Shown here one piece after another: positions 34,762 through 48,400 of a stretch of DNA of 64,000 bases. The notes below the pieces were generated by a model. It searched no databases, was not told the origin of the DNA, and saw only the letters and a list, made by a program, of their open reading frames with translations. The position numbers and the translations under genes are program-made. The first letter of the stretch is position 1, and each line of letters opens with the position of its first letter. Where the stretch lies: positions 23,188,001-23,252,000 of the forward strand of contig CATNEN010000001.1 of NCBI GenBank assembly GCA_950097015.1, in the 5' to 3' direction. This stretch comes from Macrostomum hystrix (taxonomy: Eukaryota; Animalia; Platyhelminthes).

Positions 34762-36984
34762 CGATCTAAGGCGTCTTAGTCTTAGGCGTATTCTTCTTCT
34801 TTTTCTCTCCGCGACTGGCGGCGGCGGCGGCGGCGGCGGCGGTGCATCCACCATATTCTGGAATTTTGCATTAAATGCAAATTTTTTTATAAATGAGCAA
34901 TAACAATAATGTGTTGTAAGGCATGCTCTGTGGAAAAGTTAGCCCATTTAAATGAGCATCAGAAAGTCAGAATTAAAATTAATTTTTTTACCACCGAGCA
35001 ACAACAGTTATGAAACGACTTGCTTTCTAGGAAATATGGTTTCTACTCTGCATGTTATGAGGGACCATTTAAATTAACGTTTCGCGGTCAATTTCTATGA
35101 AGACAAGGGTTACGTCAAGTTATAAATTGCTTGTTTCACAGTATAAAAGCGAGGCATTATGTGAAAGCGGAGAATATTGAAATTTAGCAGAATACAATAT
35201 GAAGTAATGTGCAGAGCTGGACAAGTGTTACTGCTAATCACAGGCTTGGGGAGGCAGTATGAGTCTGCTGTTTGTTTTATGTTTGACTTGCACAGTCGAA
35301 GTGTTTGACTCAAACAATATGAATCTACTGCTCTCAACCCAGTGCCGATGTCCTAACTTGTCAGCTTGGCTCATAGCTAATATGTGACCTGCTATGATCA
35401 TCACTAAATGAATGCACCCTCATTCTATTCACGTATTAAAATGTAGACCTCTAAGAGTATAAAGTTTCAGTGTATTATAAATAGTGAGCTATCCAAGCCT
35501 TTTTACATAGGCTACAGAGTTTATGCTTATCTTAATAAGTCTTAATATTAGGAAAAAAAACTGTATAGTGGGTCTATACGCATAGCTTATTGGCTGGCCA
35601 CTCGTCATAATTGTATAGAAACAATGCATTATTCTAAATGAAATTGGGACCCAGGAATATAAATTCTTATTAAGATTTCCAAGCAACTACTGGGATATGG
35701 GATCTATGACCTGGGAGCCTAGGATCAAGGACTAGTGTTGCCATTGCAGTTTGGCCTTTTTTCTGTAGCCCTAAAAAAATTCCGCAGGGCTTAATTCTAT
35801 GATTGAATTGATAATTAGTGGAATATGTAATCCAAAGTAAACTAATTGACTATTGTATATCCACTTCCAAAAATGGTATGATCAGTATGGTATACTTGCC
35901 AATTTGCACCCACTTCATAGGTCACATATTTAAAAGAATTGTGCTTTTAAATGAAAGATTGAATAAAATGAGGGGAAGAAATAAGAAAATTGGAACCAAA
36001 GTCTAACATCTGTCATCTATAGGGTAATGTATCATCAACCAAACAAGAATGTGTATTTTTTAACTTCGAACCTAAGCTACAGATTTTCTATTTAAGATAT
36101 GATGATAAATCAAAAGCCAAGTTATAGAAAACAGTTACATCTTTCTAAAAAGTGTCTGCTTTTGCTATTTTGTCAAATAGAAAAAAGTTATTCCTGTAAC
36201 TAGGTTTCATCTAAAACCTAACAATGATTTTCATGTATCTTCAAACCAAATGGAGAAGTTGGTGTTTGGTTTTACAATTTGAGTGAGTGGTTTAATCTTA
36301 TTTTGCCATATGAAGTGCTGTCAAAGTGTAGACTACAATTCTATGTAAGCTAGAAGGATAGGAATGTGAGTGAATAGGAATGGGAGGAAGGGAAAAGGAT
36401 CCCTGTGGCCCTGTGGCACTTGGGTGCCGCAGCCCCTCATGCAGCAGCTACATGAGTTTAATCTCTGGCACCATCTATTTGCTATTGAGCATAGCTCACA
36501 CAGGTAGGAAACATTGGCAACTAAAGAAATTCCTGCTACATCTTTTTAATGCCATCCAAACAAAAATAACTGCCTATGTCCCATAGCTACTGAACTTGAG
36601 CTCTGAGTGAGCATGGACATGGTCAGGTTTATTAAATGTTTTTGGTGGGATCACATTTTTCACATTGCTTGAATGGGGAGTAGGTTATCTAGGGAATATA
36701 AGATCTATGGACACTGACCTATTAGGACAGGGTTGGTAACAATTTTTATCTTGTAGGCCAGATAGAGATTTGAGCACATGGGTCATGGCTCATGAACACA
36801 TGGAAGAAGTGGAAGTGTAAGTAGAAGAGTAGAAGCTTAGAGGGTGGAGTGGAGAGGAGGCTGCATTGGGTGGGGTTGGGTTTGGTAGTTTTGGGCTAGA
36901 TTTAGTAAGCCATACAAGTAAAGTATGCTGTAGATATCTGCTCCTGTCCTGTCTGTCTACCTGTCTGCCTGCCTACCTGCCTGC

Positions 36985-37158
36985 TTGCCTGAGGGCACTG
37001 GTCCCCTCTATAACAGGGGGGCATTGACCCCTCTCTAGCAGGGAGGGCACTGATCACTCTAGCAGGGAGGGAACTGGCCCCTCTAGCAGGGAGGGCACTG
37101 ACCCCTCTCTAGCAGGGAGGGCACTGACCCCTCTCTAGCAAGGAGGGCACTGACCACT
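36985..37158. repeat. ~26-bp minisatellite CTCTAGCAGGGAGGGCACTGACCCCT, ~6 units
   Basis: Directly visible. Confidence 0.85.
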
Positions 37159-38159
37159 TTACAATCCCACGATCCCCTTTCCAATCCCATGATCTCGATT
37201 CTAATCCCATGATCTCAATTCTCTCCCCTTTGCCCCTCACTCCCTCCTGTCTGCCCGAATTAAACAATGAACAATATAAACAATCCACAATACGAATATA
37301 GTTAATATTATAGTCAACAAAATTAGCCATTTTTTAAAAAAAGAAACGAAATAATGATGTTTAGTTGTTCCGTGGTCTTTAATAAAGAGGAGAGTTAGGG
37401 AGAATGCGATGAGAATATGTTCTTCTCAGAGTTCTTCTGTTTTTCTCAATCTCAGATAGTCTTTGCAAAGCTCAACGTTATAAAAATAAAGATGTACTGA
37501 AGTTTATTAGATTCGATAAACAATTTTCTTTCTTAGTAGAATCAACAAGTCCACTGTCTAATGACAAAATAGTTTGAGAGTCGAGACTGAACGAGCGTCT
37601 TTGTTCTGGTCTTGTGTTAAATAGATGGTGTGATATGCAGGACACCATAATAGGCAAGCCAGGAGCCTCAAGACAGAGAGGACACGCGATTATGGGGTTT
37701 GGGAAATGGGGTGGGTGTCATTAAATGAATCACAGCGAATCGCACGCGAATATGGGGTTTTGGGAATGGGGTGGGTGTTAAATGACTGACAAATATTTTT
37801 GGTTTGGAAGGATCGATAAATTAAACGGTCGTTAGTTTGGCTCGGTGTGAGAAGGGTTTAGTCAAAGGGCCCCTATATAGCAGCATCTGCACTGGAAGCT
37901 AAACGGAAAAGTTTAGTTAGTAGTCAAAATTAGTAGTTATTTGCAAGGACTACTAGAGTAGAAGGACGCGGCACTTAAAGACTGTAAATTATATTAAAGG
38001 CCACTTTTCTAAGCGATGTCTTTTTTAAACGGATGCACATAGAAATTTACTTTTTTCGCTGGGACCTTCGAAATTTATTGCCCTTGAAGATAAAATACAT
38101 TTGCGTCTGGATAAACATATTTTTTAAACTCGCTAATCTGATGGCCCCTGCTACCCCTT

Positions 38160-38390
38160 ATGTGGGATAACTGCTGAAGTGGGATAACTGCTGCACTGGA
38201 AAAACTGCAGAAGTTGAATTACTGATGAAGTTAGATAACTGCTGACATTGGAACTGCTGAAGTAAGATAATAGGTTACTCCTGGAGTGGGCTATCTGATG
38301 AAATGGGATTTCTGCCGATATGGGATAACTGTAGACGAGGGATAACTGGTGAAAGGGGATAGCTGCTGAAGAGGATATCTGACGAAGTGA
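38160..38390. repeat. Degenerate ~20-bp repeat TGGGATAACTGCTGAAG (also ~38925-39060)
   Basis: GATAACTG core recurs about every 20 nt. Confidence 0.8.
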
Positions 38391-38488
38391 CGAATTAGTT
38401 TGTGACGAATTTTTGAATAACTGAATAACTCGGGGCGGCTTAATTGCTAGTCACATTCTAAAATTAAAATTTGGACTGGAAGCGGAGC

Positions 38489-40045
38489 TCATTTCTTCCT
38501 TTTTTCTAACACTTGTGGCCAATGAAATTGCCTGATTTACGCAGGGGCAGGGCAGATAGACAGGATCAGGCACACATAGACAGAAAATAGCGTATTTATT
38601 TGTTGGCAGAATAGCCAGAACTCACCAGAAAGCGATGCCCCCACCACCGGGCCCGCCCGGGCCCCAATGCCACGGCGGTGGCATGAAACCGAAATTGCTG
38701 CAAAATACAAGACCTTCTGGCAATTGAATTGATTTAGAGAATTCCATCATTAGCTGTGAAATTAACATTGACAAAAAGTTAACTCACCCTCAACAATACG
38801 CCGACAGCGAGCGAAGTTTTACCTGCTCCATCAAGAGCAGGTAAGCTCGCACGCTGTCTCTCTGCAAATTTTTAAAACAAAAAATATAGAGCAAGGACGG
38901 TTGTTAGTACAATCCTGTATAACTGTATAACTGATAAACGGGGATAACTCATGAAATGGGATAACTAATGAACGGGGATGATTGCATGATAAAGTCGATA
39001 ACTGACGAAGTGGGATTTTGGAGAAGGATTTGGGATCAGAGAAGGACTTGGGATCTGGGATTAAAGCTGTAAATCCCAAAACCCCGAATCAACGAATAAA
39101 TGCATATTTCTGCTATTGACTGCACTGAAGAGTTAATTTAAAGAGTTAGGAGGGTCACTGTCAACAACACTATATAAAGGCACAGAAACTCACATTCATC
39201 TTCCAGCTGCGCTACTTGCGGCCTCCCCGATGAGGGCGGCCGCGGCGACTCTGCTGCTGCTGCTGGCGATGGGGGGGAGGGTGGGCTGGGCCTGGGTTGG
39301 GTTGGGGAGGGATGGGACGGGCTGGACGGGGGGGTTGGCCGACTGGGGCAGGGGTGGTGAGGGTGGGTTGTGGGCCTGGGTTGGGTTGAGGAGGGATGGG
39401 GCGGGCTGGACGGGGCGGTTGGCCGACTGGGGCAGGGGTGGTGAGGGTGGGTTGTGGGCCTGGGTTGGGTTGAGGAGGGATGGGGCGGGCTGGAAGGTTG
39501 GGTTGGGCGGGGAGAAGAGGGCGGACTGGGGCAGGGGCAGGCTGAGTCGGGATCGGGGGGGGAGCGCCGGCCACCCGGGCATATGAAGCCCTGGTGGCCG
39601 GCCTGGACGGTGGCGGCGATGACGGTGGCGTTGGCGGTGGCGGGGGGCGGGGCGGGGGGCGTGGCGGGGCCCGCAAAGGACGGGCGTCGGCCCGACCCTT
39701 CTTCCGGCCGGCCGACTTTTTCTTTGATGCCTGAAATTATGTATTGCCAAACTCGTTAATCACGCAAATTATGTTTCTTGGAAATTAACAAACATGATTC
39801 AAGGAAGTGTTGTACCAGTAAACTAACGGTGAGGTAGCTATAGCAGTATATGTAAGTTATAGGTGAGTTTGTCAGTTCAAATATTACCTGGCCTCTTCGG
39901 GCATATAAAAGAGTTTTTCTTTTCTAAGAATATTCCAAAACTTTGTCACTTAGTAGCTTTATTGTTTAAGATACTCATACTTGATTTTCCTGATCAAATT
40001 CTTCAATATTTTCTTTGACTTCGGTAAGTTTTAATTTAACTTTTA
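38489..40045 (-). pseudogene. Multi-exon basic/Pro-rich gene with two in-frame stops
   Basis: Phase-consistent GT-AG exons ~40045-39981, 39923-39888, 39730-39194, 38861-38788, 38697-38626 and 38531-38489. TAG at 39214-39212 and TGA at 38792-38790. 26-aa Pro-rich repeats. Confidence 0.65.
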
Positions 40046-41062
40046 AAGTTTGGTAACATTAAGCACTTTATTATACCAATGATCTAATATAATGTATAGA
40101 AGGACAAATAATTTGTTTTCTGCATTAAAAAATCGATTTTTAATATAAAAAATTAGATGGAAAGTCAGATACAACAAACAGTAGTACTAATGTAGGATCA
40201 CATATATATATCATTTGTGTGAATTATCTATGTGAGTTTTTTGTAAACATTTGCTATAGCATAGCTATAGCTATGCCCTATGTGAATCTTTAAAAAATTA
40301 AAGTCTCTTTTGAAGAGGACAGAACAGAAGTAGCTAGTCCTATATGAAGAAACAAATTTCTTAGCTTAAATTTAGCTAATATATGATTTTTTGGAATAAA
40401 TGTTACAATTACAACCCTATTTGGCTAGAGGAATTCTTTCAGTTTAAGGATGGAATAAATATTTATATTAAGACATAACTAGCTATAATCAGTGCTGCTG
40501 TTGTTGTCATAGACCACATTGAACACATATGAAAATATTTTTTTGTAATGGAGTGTGTGCTTTTGATTTACATGTAAAATATAATAGATATTGTTAATTT
40601 TTTAACTGGAATTGGCTCTCTATTGTAAACATTTTATAATGCTAAAACACAAGGATCTCACCTTGTATAGTAGCAAAATAGCTGTATACAAAAGATTATC
40701 AGGCACACCAGATGGCAAATATGGATCTCAGATTTAAATAGTGAGTTGACAGCTGACCCTACCTATATTTTTATCCATTTTTGCCAAGCGAGAAGGTTTC
40801 CAGAAGTGCCCATAGATTTTGAGTGCAAGGTATTCAGAGCTTTGGTCAATTTTTAAGACTTTAGCTTCACAGCACTATGTTAAATGCAAGTGGTTAAAAT
40901 GAATACAGCACATAATAGCTATATAAATCTACATTAAAAAGCTTTCTACTGAGGCTTACAGCACTTCTAAAGAGTGCAATGTACATTATCCTCATTGATT
41001 TTAATAGCACATCTATAAAGTGCAATATACTGACTGTTTTATTTAACAATTTGCAGTCTAGT

Positions 41063-42170
41063 CTATCTAGGAAAAAGATGGACTGTCCTACTTTTTGGCT
41101 GTTGTGAGATAACATGTTCTTCAGCAGCACTTTGCTGTGTCATATGTGACAGGCTTGGTAATGAAAATTGTAAAGGTACCTGAGGAGTTACTTGAGACTC
41201 AGATATCTGTATTTCTTGTGGCAATAACATACCTGGGTAATAATTCTGCGAAAACTGAGCAAGACGTAGGTGACTATGTATTACTTGATTTTGAGAACTT
41301 TTAAGTTGCTGCAAATGAATGTCTTCTAAATAAGCGTCTGGATTTTGGAATAAATTGTCAATACTATTGATTTTTGAAGTAGTATTGTTGAGACTGGTAA
41401 TATCATTGACATTACTTTGTGATGCTTCTGCACTTTGACTACATTCTTCATTGAGGCTTATCTCAGCCTCAGCAGCATAGTCATTTTGCTGTGTAGCCAC
41501 TAGTGCAGAATCATTACCATTTGCACTAGTACCTTGCATGCCAACAAGCAATGCTTCATTTTGGTTTGCCAGAGTACCTTCTGTGCTAATTGTAGGTGCT
41601 ACATTTCTCTCATTCCATTCTGAATGAGACCAAAATTTCACTTCACCATGATCAGAAATTGCCTGAAATTGTGCAACACATTGCTGTTGGTTAAGATTAT
41701 GGAGTGAAGAGAAGTTGGGAATAAAACGTCCTGGCCCTTTCTTCTGACCTGTAGCTAAATCAGAAGCTATAAGTGCCCATTGAATTGCACCAGAGTTGCC
41801 TGCCCTTTCATAAGCGTCCTTAGCTATTTTACTAAGCTCTTTGCGCATGTAGACAACACCCTTTTTAATAATTTCTTCAAACTTTCCTTCTGTTTGAGGA
41901 AGCTGCTGCAAATTTTTAAGCCTGTGTTGCGCTTGCTTATCTGCTCTTATAAAATCAACAATAGAACTACATGCTTCTTGGACCTGTCTACTCAAAGTGC
42001 CAGTGACATCTTTAGAACAGTGATAAATGGCACTGTCATGTTCAGTAATTCTAATAACAATGTAAGTTTCTTTATGTTTGTCCAAGTCCTGAATGATTCT
42101 TTTAATTGGGCGAGGTCGATTTTTAGCAGCTTTTCTTAGTCGTTCTTTTTTTGCTATACTTAGACCCCTC
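41063..42170 (-). CDS. Orphan protein (>=340 aa): globular N-terminal half, Q/S/N-rich C-terminal half; probable frameshift at ~42100
   Basis: A 1-kb ORF in AT-rich DNA; the upstream frame reads KKERLRKAAKIDLAQLK. Confidence 0.6.
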
Positions 42171-45100
42171 TACTTCTCTAGCAATGCTGAAGTCCAAGCT
42201 GAAATGAAGAGGCATATGATATTAAAAATATTTAAACGAGATTTCCACTACTAGGCTTTTGTCCAGAACTGCAAGAATTAAAAGTGAGGCCATGCTTAAG
42301 TTAATCTCCCCTTGACCTTGGGGGAGAGAACAACACCATTACTGAATTAACTGTTTAAATAAAAAAATGAAAAATTAATACCCAAACCAGCATTATCCAT
42401 GAAAGCATATTTACCAAGTTTTTAAGGCAGTCACCCATTTTTTAGAAAACTAAGAAAGCTGGCCTTTTCTTTTTTTCCAGTCAGCTGTACAATTCTGAAC
42501 AAAAACTAAGTTAGTAGGTGCAGAAATGCCCAATTCCTTTAAATCTTACTGTATATAAAACACTTACTAGCACAGCCCTTCTTTCGAAGAAATTCATTGC
42601 CGCTAGTAGGTCCTATCTAAAATTAAGTTTTTTAGCAATATGTAAATCACATGTCTGTCACATGAACTATTTACCTACTCTTCATTGGCAAAGTATATAT
42701 TTTGGAGAGTCTATAGGCATGTCAAGTAATACCATATTATAGGGCCACAAAATTGTCAAGTTAGAAAATCCAAAACTGTAACATGTCACCATTGCTATTA
42801 ATAGGAAAAAGCATAAAAAATTCATGAAATACAATTTTGAATTCTTGACTTGAAAATTAGTTCTACTTTGAAACTTATTCTTCAGGAATTATTTAGCATG
42901 GTCATGGTGAATTTTTTGGTCTTGGAACAGCTATTTAAGTATTCTATAGCTACCAGTGGGACTGATATATTCATTTCCTTGAAGGTACTCTTAACAGGCC
43001 CTAGTCAAAACACATGCTGCACACATTTCACAAGCTTTGAGTTTTTTCAACTTTTAAAGAGGTAATCACAGTTTAATCATGGTTTTCAGTTTTTGCACTA
43101 AATATTGATATTAATACATTTTCCTCAAACATTTCCAGCCTGCCTTGCTTGCTGCCTGGCTGTTCGCTTGTCAACATTATGGACTCTAATGGACGACTAG
43201 GTCTATGCTGTCAAACTGCCATTGTCTGGTTCTAGGCAAGCCTTAAGTTACTGCAATACTTTTGCTCTCAGAGCTAGCTACTATCAGCCTGCAGCTCGAC
43301 TCTTTGGACGAGCGTGTGAGTTAATATCTATAAAAATATTGATTGCTTTTGTGAAAGTTACAGTTCAATGTGAATTCAAATGCAATGGCCCTCATTTTTT
43401 ATAAACAGGTGTTTTGGCCCTGTATGGTCCCATTCTATTAATGCTACATGCTAATACCAATAATTAAACGAGGACTCGATTCCATGTGATTCTCAGATTC
43501 TCCTCTCTGCATCAGCCTCGAGGAGACATGCCCGCTATGGTCAGGCATTTGCCTTATATTTAACACACTGACTTTGACAAATAGAGGCTGTTCCTGTTTC
43601 TAACTTTCAATTACATTCAAATTCTGCCGCTTTCCACAGTGCTTTTTTCATCTGCTCTCTCTCCCGATCTCTCCGTCATTCCCCTTTTCTCCTGCGCCAG
43701 ATGCAGAGTAAGAACGACTGACAGTTGATACTACTCCTCATCTAGTAGTCTGTCGCAACTTTTCTGTATTGGTTTGACTGAAATATTCACTTCCTTGAAG
43801 GCACTCTTAACAGGTCATAGTCACAGGCCACAGGGCATGTTACATATTTCTCCGGGCTGCAGGTGTGGGTGCACTGATTAAGAGTTGGACTATCTAAGAT
43901 TTGACAGGTCTTGATCTGAATGGCGTAGGCGAGGGGGTCATACTAGCTACTAGTAGCCGAACACTAGTAGTATGGGTTACCAGAAATCTGCCTAACACAT
44001 GGGAAATAGGAGAGCGTGCATTTGAACGGGAGAGGGTGGCCTATCCTCTGCATATAGGATAGGTGACGCTGTGACGATCTATGTGGCTGAGCTGAGGGGT
44101 TGGAGCCCCATTAGAATTACCCATCAGAATTCTGAGCACCAAAAATTAGCGAAAATTATCAGCATGTGAAGCATGAGCAGCTTGCCGTGACAACTGAGAC
44201 AATAATGACCCCTGGAATGGATTTCTAGGCTATGTATGCCACTGTTTAGATCTGCATGAAAAGCTTGTTTAGCAGGCAGCATTAATGAGCTATTACTACT
44301 ATTAATATTGATAGTAATATTTATAATACCAGCAATTTCCAACTATGTAGACTATTATACAGCAGTAACAAATATGGATTGATTTTGACATGCCAGAAAC
44401 TCTCGCAATACATTATTACAAATAGGAAAATATTAAACCGACATGGGCACCTAAACCTGACTTACCTGAAGTTCTTAGTTACACTAGCTAATTAAAAAAG
44501 GTTTCTATTCAACAATTCTAGCTAGTAATAGGATATAGAATTAGATTCGAAGTTTTGACTCGACGAGCTCTTTACTATTCGAGTTTTGGTGGGAAGAGGA
44601 AAAACGGTTCGTTCCCCTTTGTCCCCCGCTCAAATAGGGATGTATGGCACCATCGTCTAGTTCGTTCCCAAGTTCGCGTAAACAACCCCTCCCAGCCAAC
44701 CACACTTTATCATGGGGTTCCCACGCTTCACCAGTTGAGGATGCGTACAGGGAGCTCATGAGCTGCACTCGTCTAGCCGGACTCATGGCACGGTGAGGTG
44801 ACCTGGGCTAGCCGTCTAATTTTTACCGTGAGCTGGGGCCGGCTAGTCCACGGCCGTTAGGTGCTCTCTATTCTAACCTCCCTTTCCTTTCCTTTCCCTT
44901 CCCTTCTCTTCTCCCTCAGCGCGCGCAGGCCCACAGCCCAGTTGGGACTGTATTAATCAATTAATATATATTATAAAATCCTTTTAAATTTATCACTTAA
45001 AACTTTAATTTTTTTTACTTTTTTTTATAAAGTTTTTAACAATTAGCGCAAATTAGCATGCTCTTTTTGCTCTCTAATAAAATCCATAACCAATTCTGGA

Positions 45101-45429
45101 AATCTGAAAAGAATCTGTCTAAAACTGCTAAAACAATTTTTCCCTATGTTTAATAGAGACGTTTACACATTTCAGCTGTCAGATGCTGTGCCGCAGCAGC
45201 TATACTAAACTTCACGCTAAGCCCGAAAATGCATTTCGGTTGAAAACAGAATCAAGAAAGATTTTATTCATTTTTATTTCCGTATTTCTGTTTGCTTTTT
45301 TCTAAATTCAGAATTCATAATTCATACTGCAGGCCTGTATTAATAGTAGCATCATTTGGGCATCGATGTTGGGCATGCTTTTCAGCTTAAAAATGAATAA
45401 ATAAATGACATGTAAGCTTCTTTAACAGA

Positions 45430-48400
45430 GGTTAAAGATAATCTCCGTCTCCAGGATCAATCGAGACTTGAAGAAAAGCCTTTTCAATGTCCGCTTGAAT
45501 CGCTACCGAGTTTCATCGGAACCGAATCAGCAGCGCCGGAATCTGTGGAAAATCATTCGGTCCGATTTGTAGAAGATCGTTAATTGAAAAGTCACATTTG
45601 TTCCGCTTGGCCGAACCGTCATAAACGATTCGTAGCTTTGTGTGTTCACTGTCAGATTTGGCAACACACGAGTGAGGCAAGTAGTGAACTACGGATTGTG
45701 GTTTACGCAAGTCTGATGGGGAAAACTCGTTCGATAATCCCGGAATTTTCCTGGTCAGCAAGGATGTCGTACTTAGCTTGAAGAAGCGGATCTTTGGAAA
45801 GCGTGCGCATCGTTGAATGCAATCGACTGTATGCTAGATCGAAGTGGTTATTGAGCGAAGGTTGTGCATCTGAGTGCTTCCACGGAAGCTGGACAGAGTA
45901 GCGATCGTGAGCGAAGTGAGGAGCACAGTGGAAGGGCTCAACATCGTCTTTTGAACCGGGTTCAGCGATCCCTAGCGTTTCGAGCTTCCAAAAGTGGGAC
46001 AGCCGTTCATCGCTACTGAATTCTTCGCGAGTGGCGCAGCACAGAGTTTGCACCGCAGTGCAGGCAGCACCGTCTGGCGAGTCTGAGACGATTTCGTCTT
46101 GGCCTGCAGCAATTGTCAATGGGCCACAGAGGACAAAGCCAAGTTTGGTTGCTATGGCTACTGGACCTGAAGTGCCTCTGATTATCTGATCCTTGACTAT
46201 CTGGTAATACTGGTCAGATCCAACCAAAAGAGAAATCGGCGCAGAGGCATCACGAGGATCGAATGGGTCAGCCAAGTCAAGGTTGCGAAGATGGTCATAG
46301 GTGTTGGTCAGGATTGAGCGCTGAGGTTGGCAAATGTCTTTGACGACGTTGGCGTCAAGATGGATGACCTGCGGTGAGTCGATTTTGCGGAGTGATAGTG
46401 AGACTTTGCCAGAGTCTACAACAGAGCTGAGACCTGAGAAGGCTGAGACTTGTAGACGTTCTGTCTTGGCAGGACTGATGCCAAGCATCTGGCAGACGTC
46501 TTTTCGAACGTAAGTTCGATTGCTCGCCGTATCGAGCAGGACGCGAACCATCAGCTCTCGAGAGCCGTCAGCACTGATCAAGATCGCCTTAGCGACCGGA
46601 AGGACTACTGCTGGATTGCGATGTATGAACATGCTGAGAGATTGAGAATTTGGTGTGCTTTCACTGTTTCGAGCAGTACAGGTGAGAGTATCACCCGTAG
46701 ATTCAGTGGTTTGAGATTAAGGAGCGGCAGGCTGAATTTGTTGTGAATCGGTAGTGAGACACTGCTCTTTTCTAGGAATGATTTTTTGTGTCTTTTTCGG
46801 ATTATTCTGCTTAAGGTCGCCAGCCTTGTCCTGGTGAACTTTCGAACCTGTGGCACAAATGCTGGAATGATGATTACCGGAGCAATTGCGACAGCTGCGA
46901 TTGTCATGGCAGATTTTTACTGTGTGACCTGTGCGTAGGCAACGGAAGCAGCGAGAGTTCTTCACCAGAAATTCTTTTCGGGCAGCGACGGATGATAATT
47001 TCGAGCAATGCTCAGATGAGTGATCAACGCGACAATAGGTGCAGAAAATTTTCTGACGACTTTAATTGCGAATACGATCGATTCGGCTGTGATGGCGTCA
47101 TTTTTTGCGAGACTAGAGCGCAGGCGGAGCCAAGTCTAGCGGAGTTTGAGGACCCGTAAGATTTGTCGGAGCTGGTGGATTTGTGAGACTCGGCACCTGC
47201 GGCCTGGCGGATTTGAATCTCGGTTTTCAGACACTTAAGGAGCGAAGAAACTGAATCGATCTCCTTGCCCATGTGACTAGCCGAGCGATGCAACTCCAAA
47301 CGAAAATCAGGCGGGCAACGCTTTAGGAGGCTTGAGAGAAAGAGAGTTTCGTAGGAGGTCTCAGAGACACCTTGATTTTTTAGACTGAGAGTCGCGGCGA
47401 CAATGTCGTCATGAAAGCGGTGCAGCTCTTGCAGGGAGGTATTTGCGAGGCGGAGATCGGAGAGTTGCGACATTAGATCGCGGATGATCAGATCCTGATT
47501 GCCAAATCTCTCTTTAAGAGTGGCCAATGCCTCAGAGTAGTTGGCCGCAGTGACTGCAAAACCACGAATTGAGGCTCGTGCAGAGTCAGACAGAGTCGTG
47601 AAGATAGTTAAATTTGTCGGTATCCGAAAGAGTGGGATTTGAATCAATTGACGACGAGAACTGATCCCAGAAAGGTTGCTATTCAGAAATTGAACCCTCG
47701 AAGACTGGGATTTGCCTTTTGGGTAGTTTGATGGATGACTGCTTAACTGCTGGATGATCGTACGACAATTTGGTGGAAGTGAACTTTTCGAGAAGCTTAA
47801 TCGTGCGCTTTGCGCGCAGTGAATAGGTCTGGCTTTGTTCTTGCTCATCATCAAGCTGCTCAGTCTCAATAGCGAACTCAATTTGACTGTCGAGCTCGTT
47901 CATCTGATCAAGCTTAGTTGTGAGCACTTCAAGAAGAGCCTCGGCATCTGCCACATTCTTAGAATCGAACCGCGAGCCACTTTCCAGAACTTTTTCGGCT
48001 TTGCCGATAGCCTTCGTCACGTTAGAGCGAACAACACCGCGTCTGCGACTTAAGTCCGAAAATTCTTCCTTCGACAACGGCATGACCGACAGACTGACAA
48101 CTGGAACGTTGGACCCAAGACTGGGAGATCTCGAAGGACAGAGCGCAAAAGAGGGACCCACAAAAGGTAAATAGCTCACAAAATACAAAGGGAACAGAGA
48201 GTGAGAGAAAACTTAAACTGTTTCGAGCTGGAGATATAATTCAAAACGGACAAAGTCAGGTAGAATTTCAACTTGCGATCGAGACTGCCGATTGAGCTGA
48301 TGTGCCCCTGGATCCAGAACTGCTAATCGCACACGGCTGAGAAGTAAGGCTGCCGAAGTTGATCTCGCACGTCACAGGTAACAGGCTTTGTGTAAGCTTG

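Larger units (their letters stand above)
20060..36340 (+). repeat. Composite duplicated unit, copy 2 (expanded arrays and insertions)
   Basis: Collinear with 4198-12430. Confidence 0.92.
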
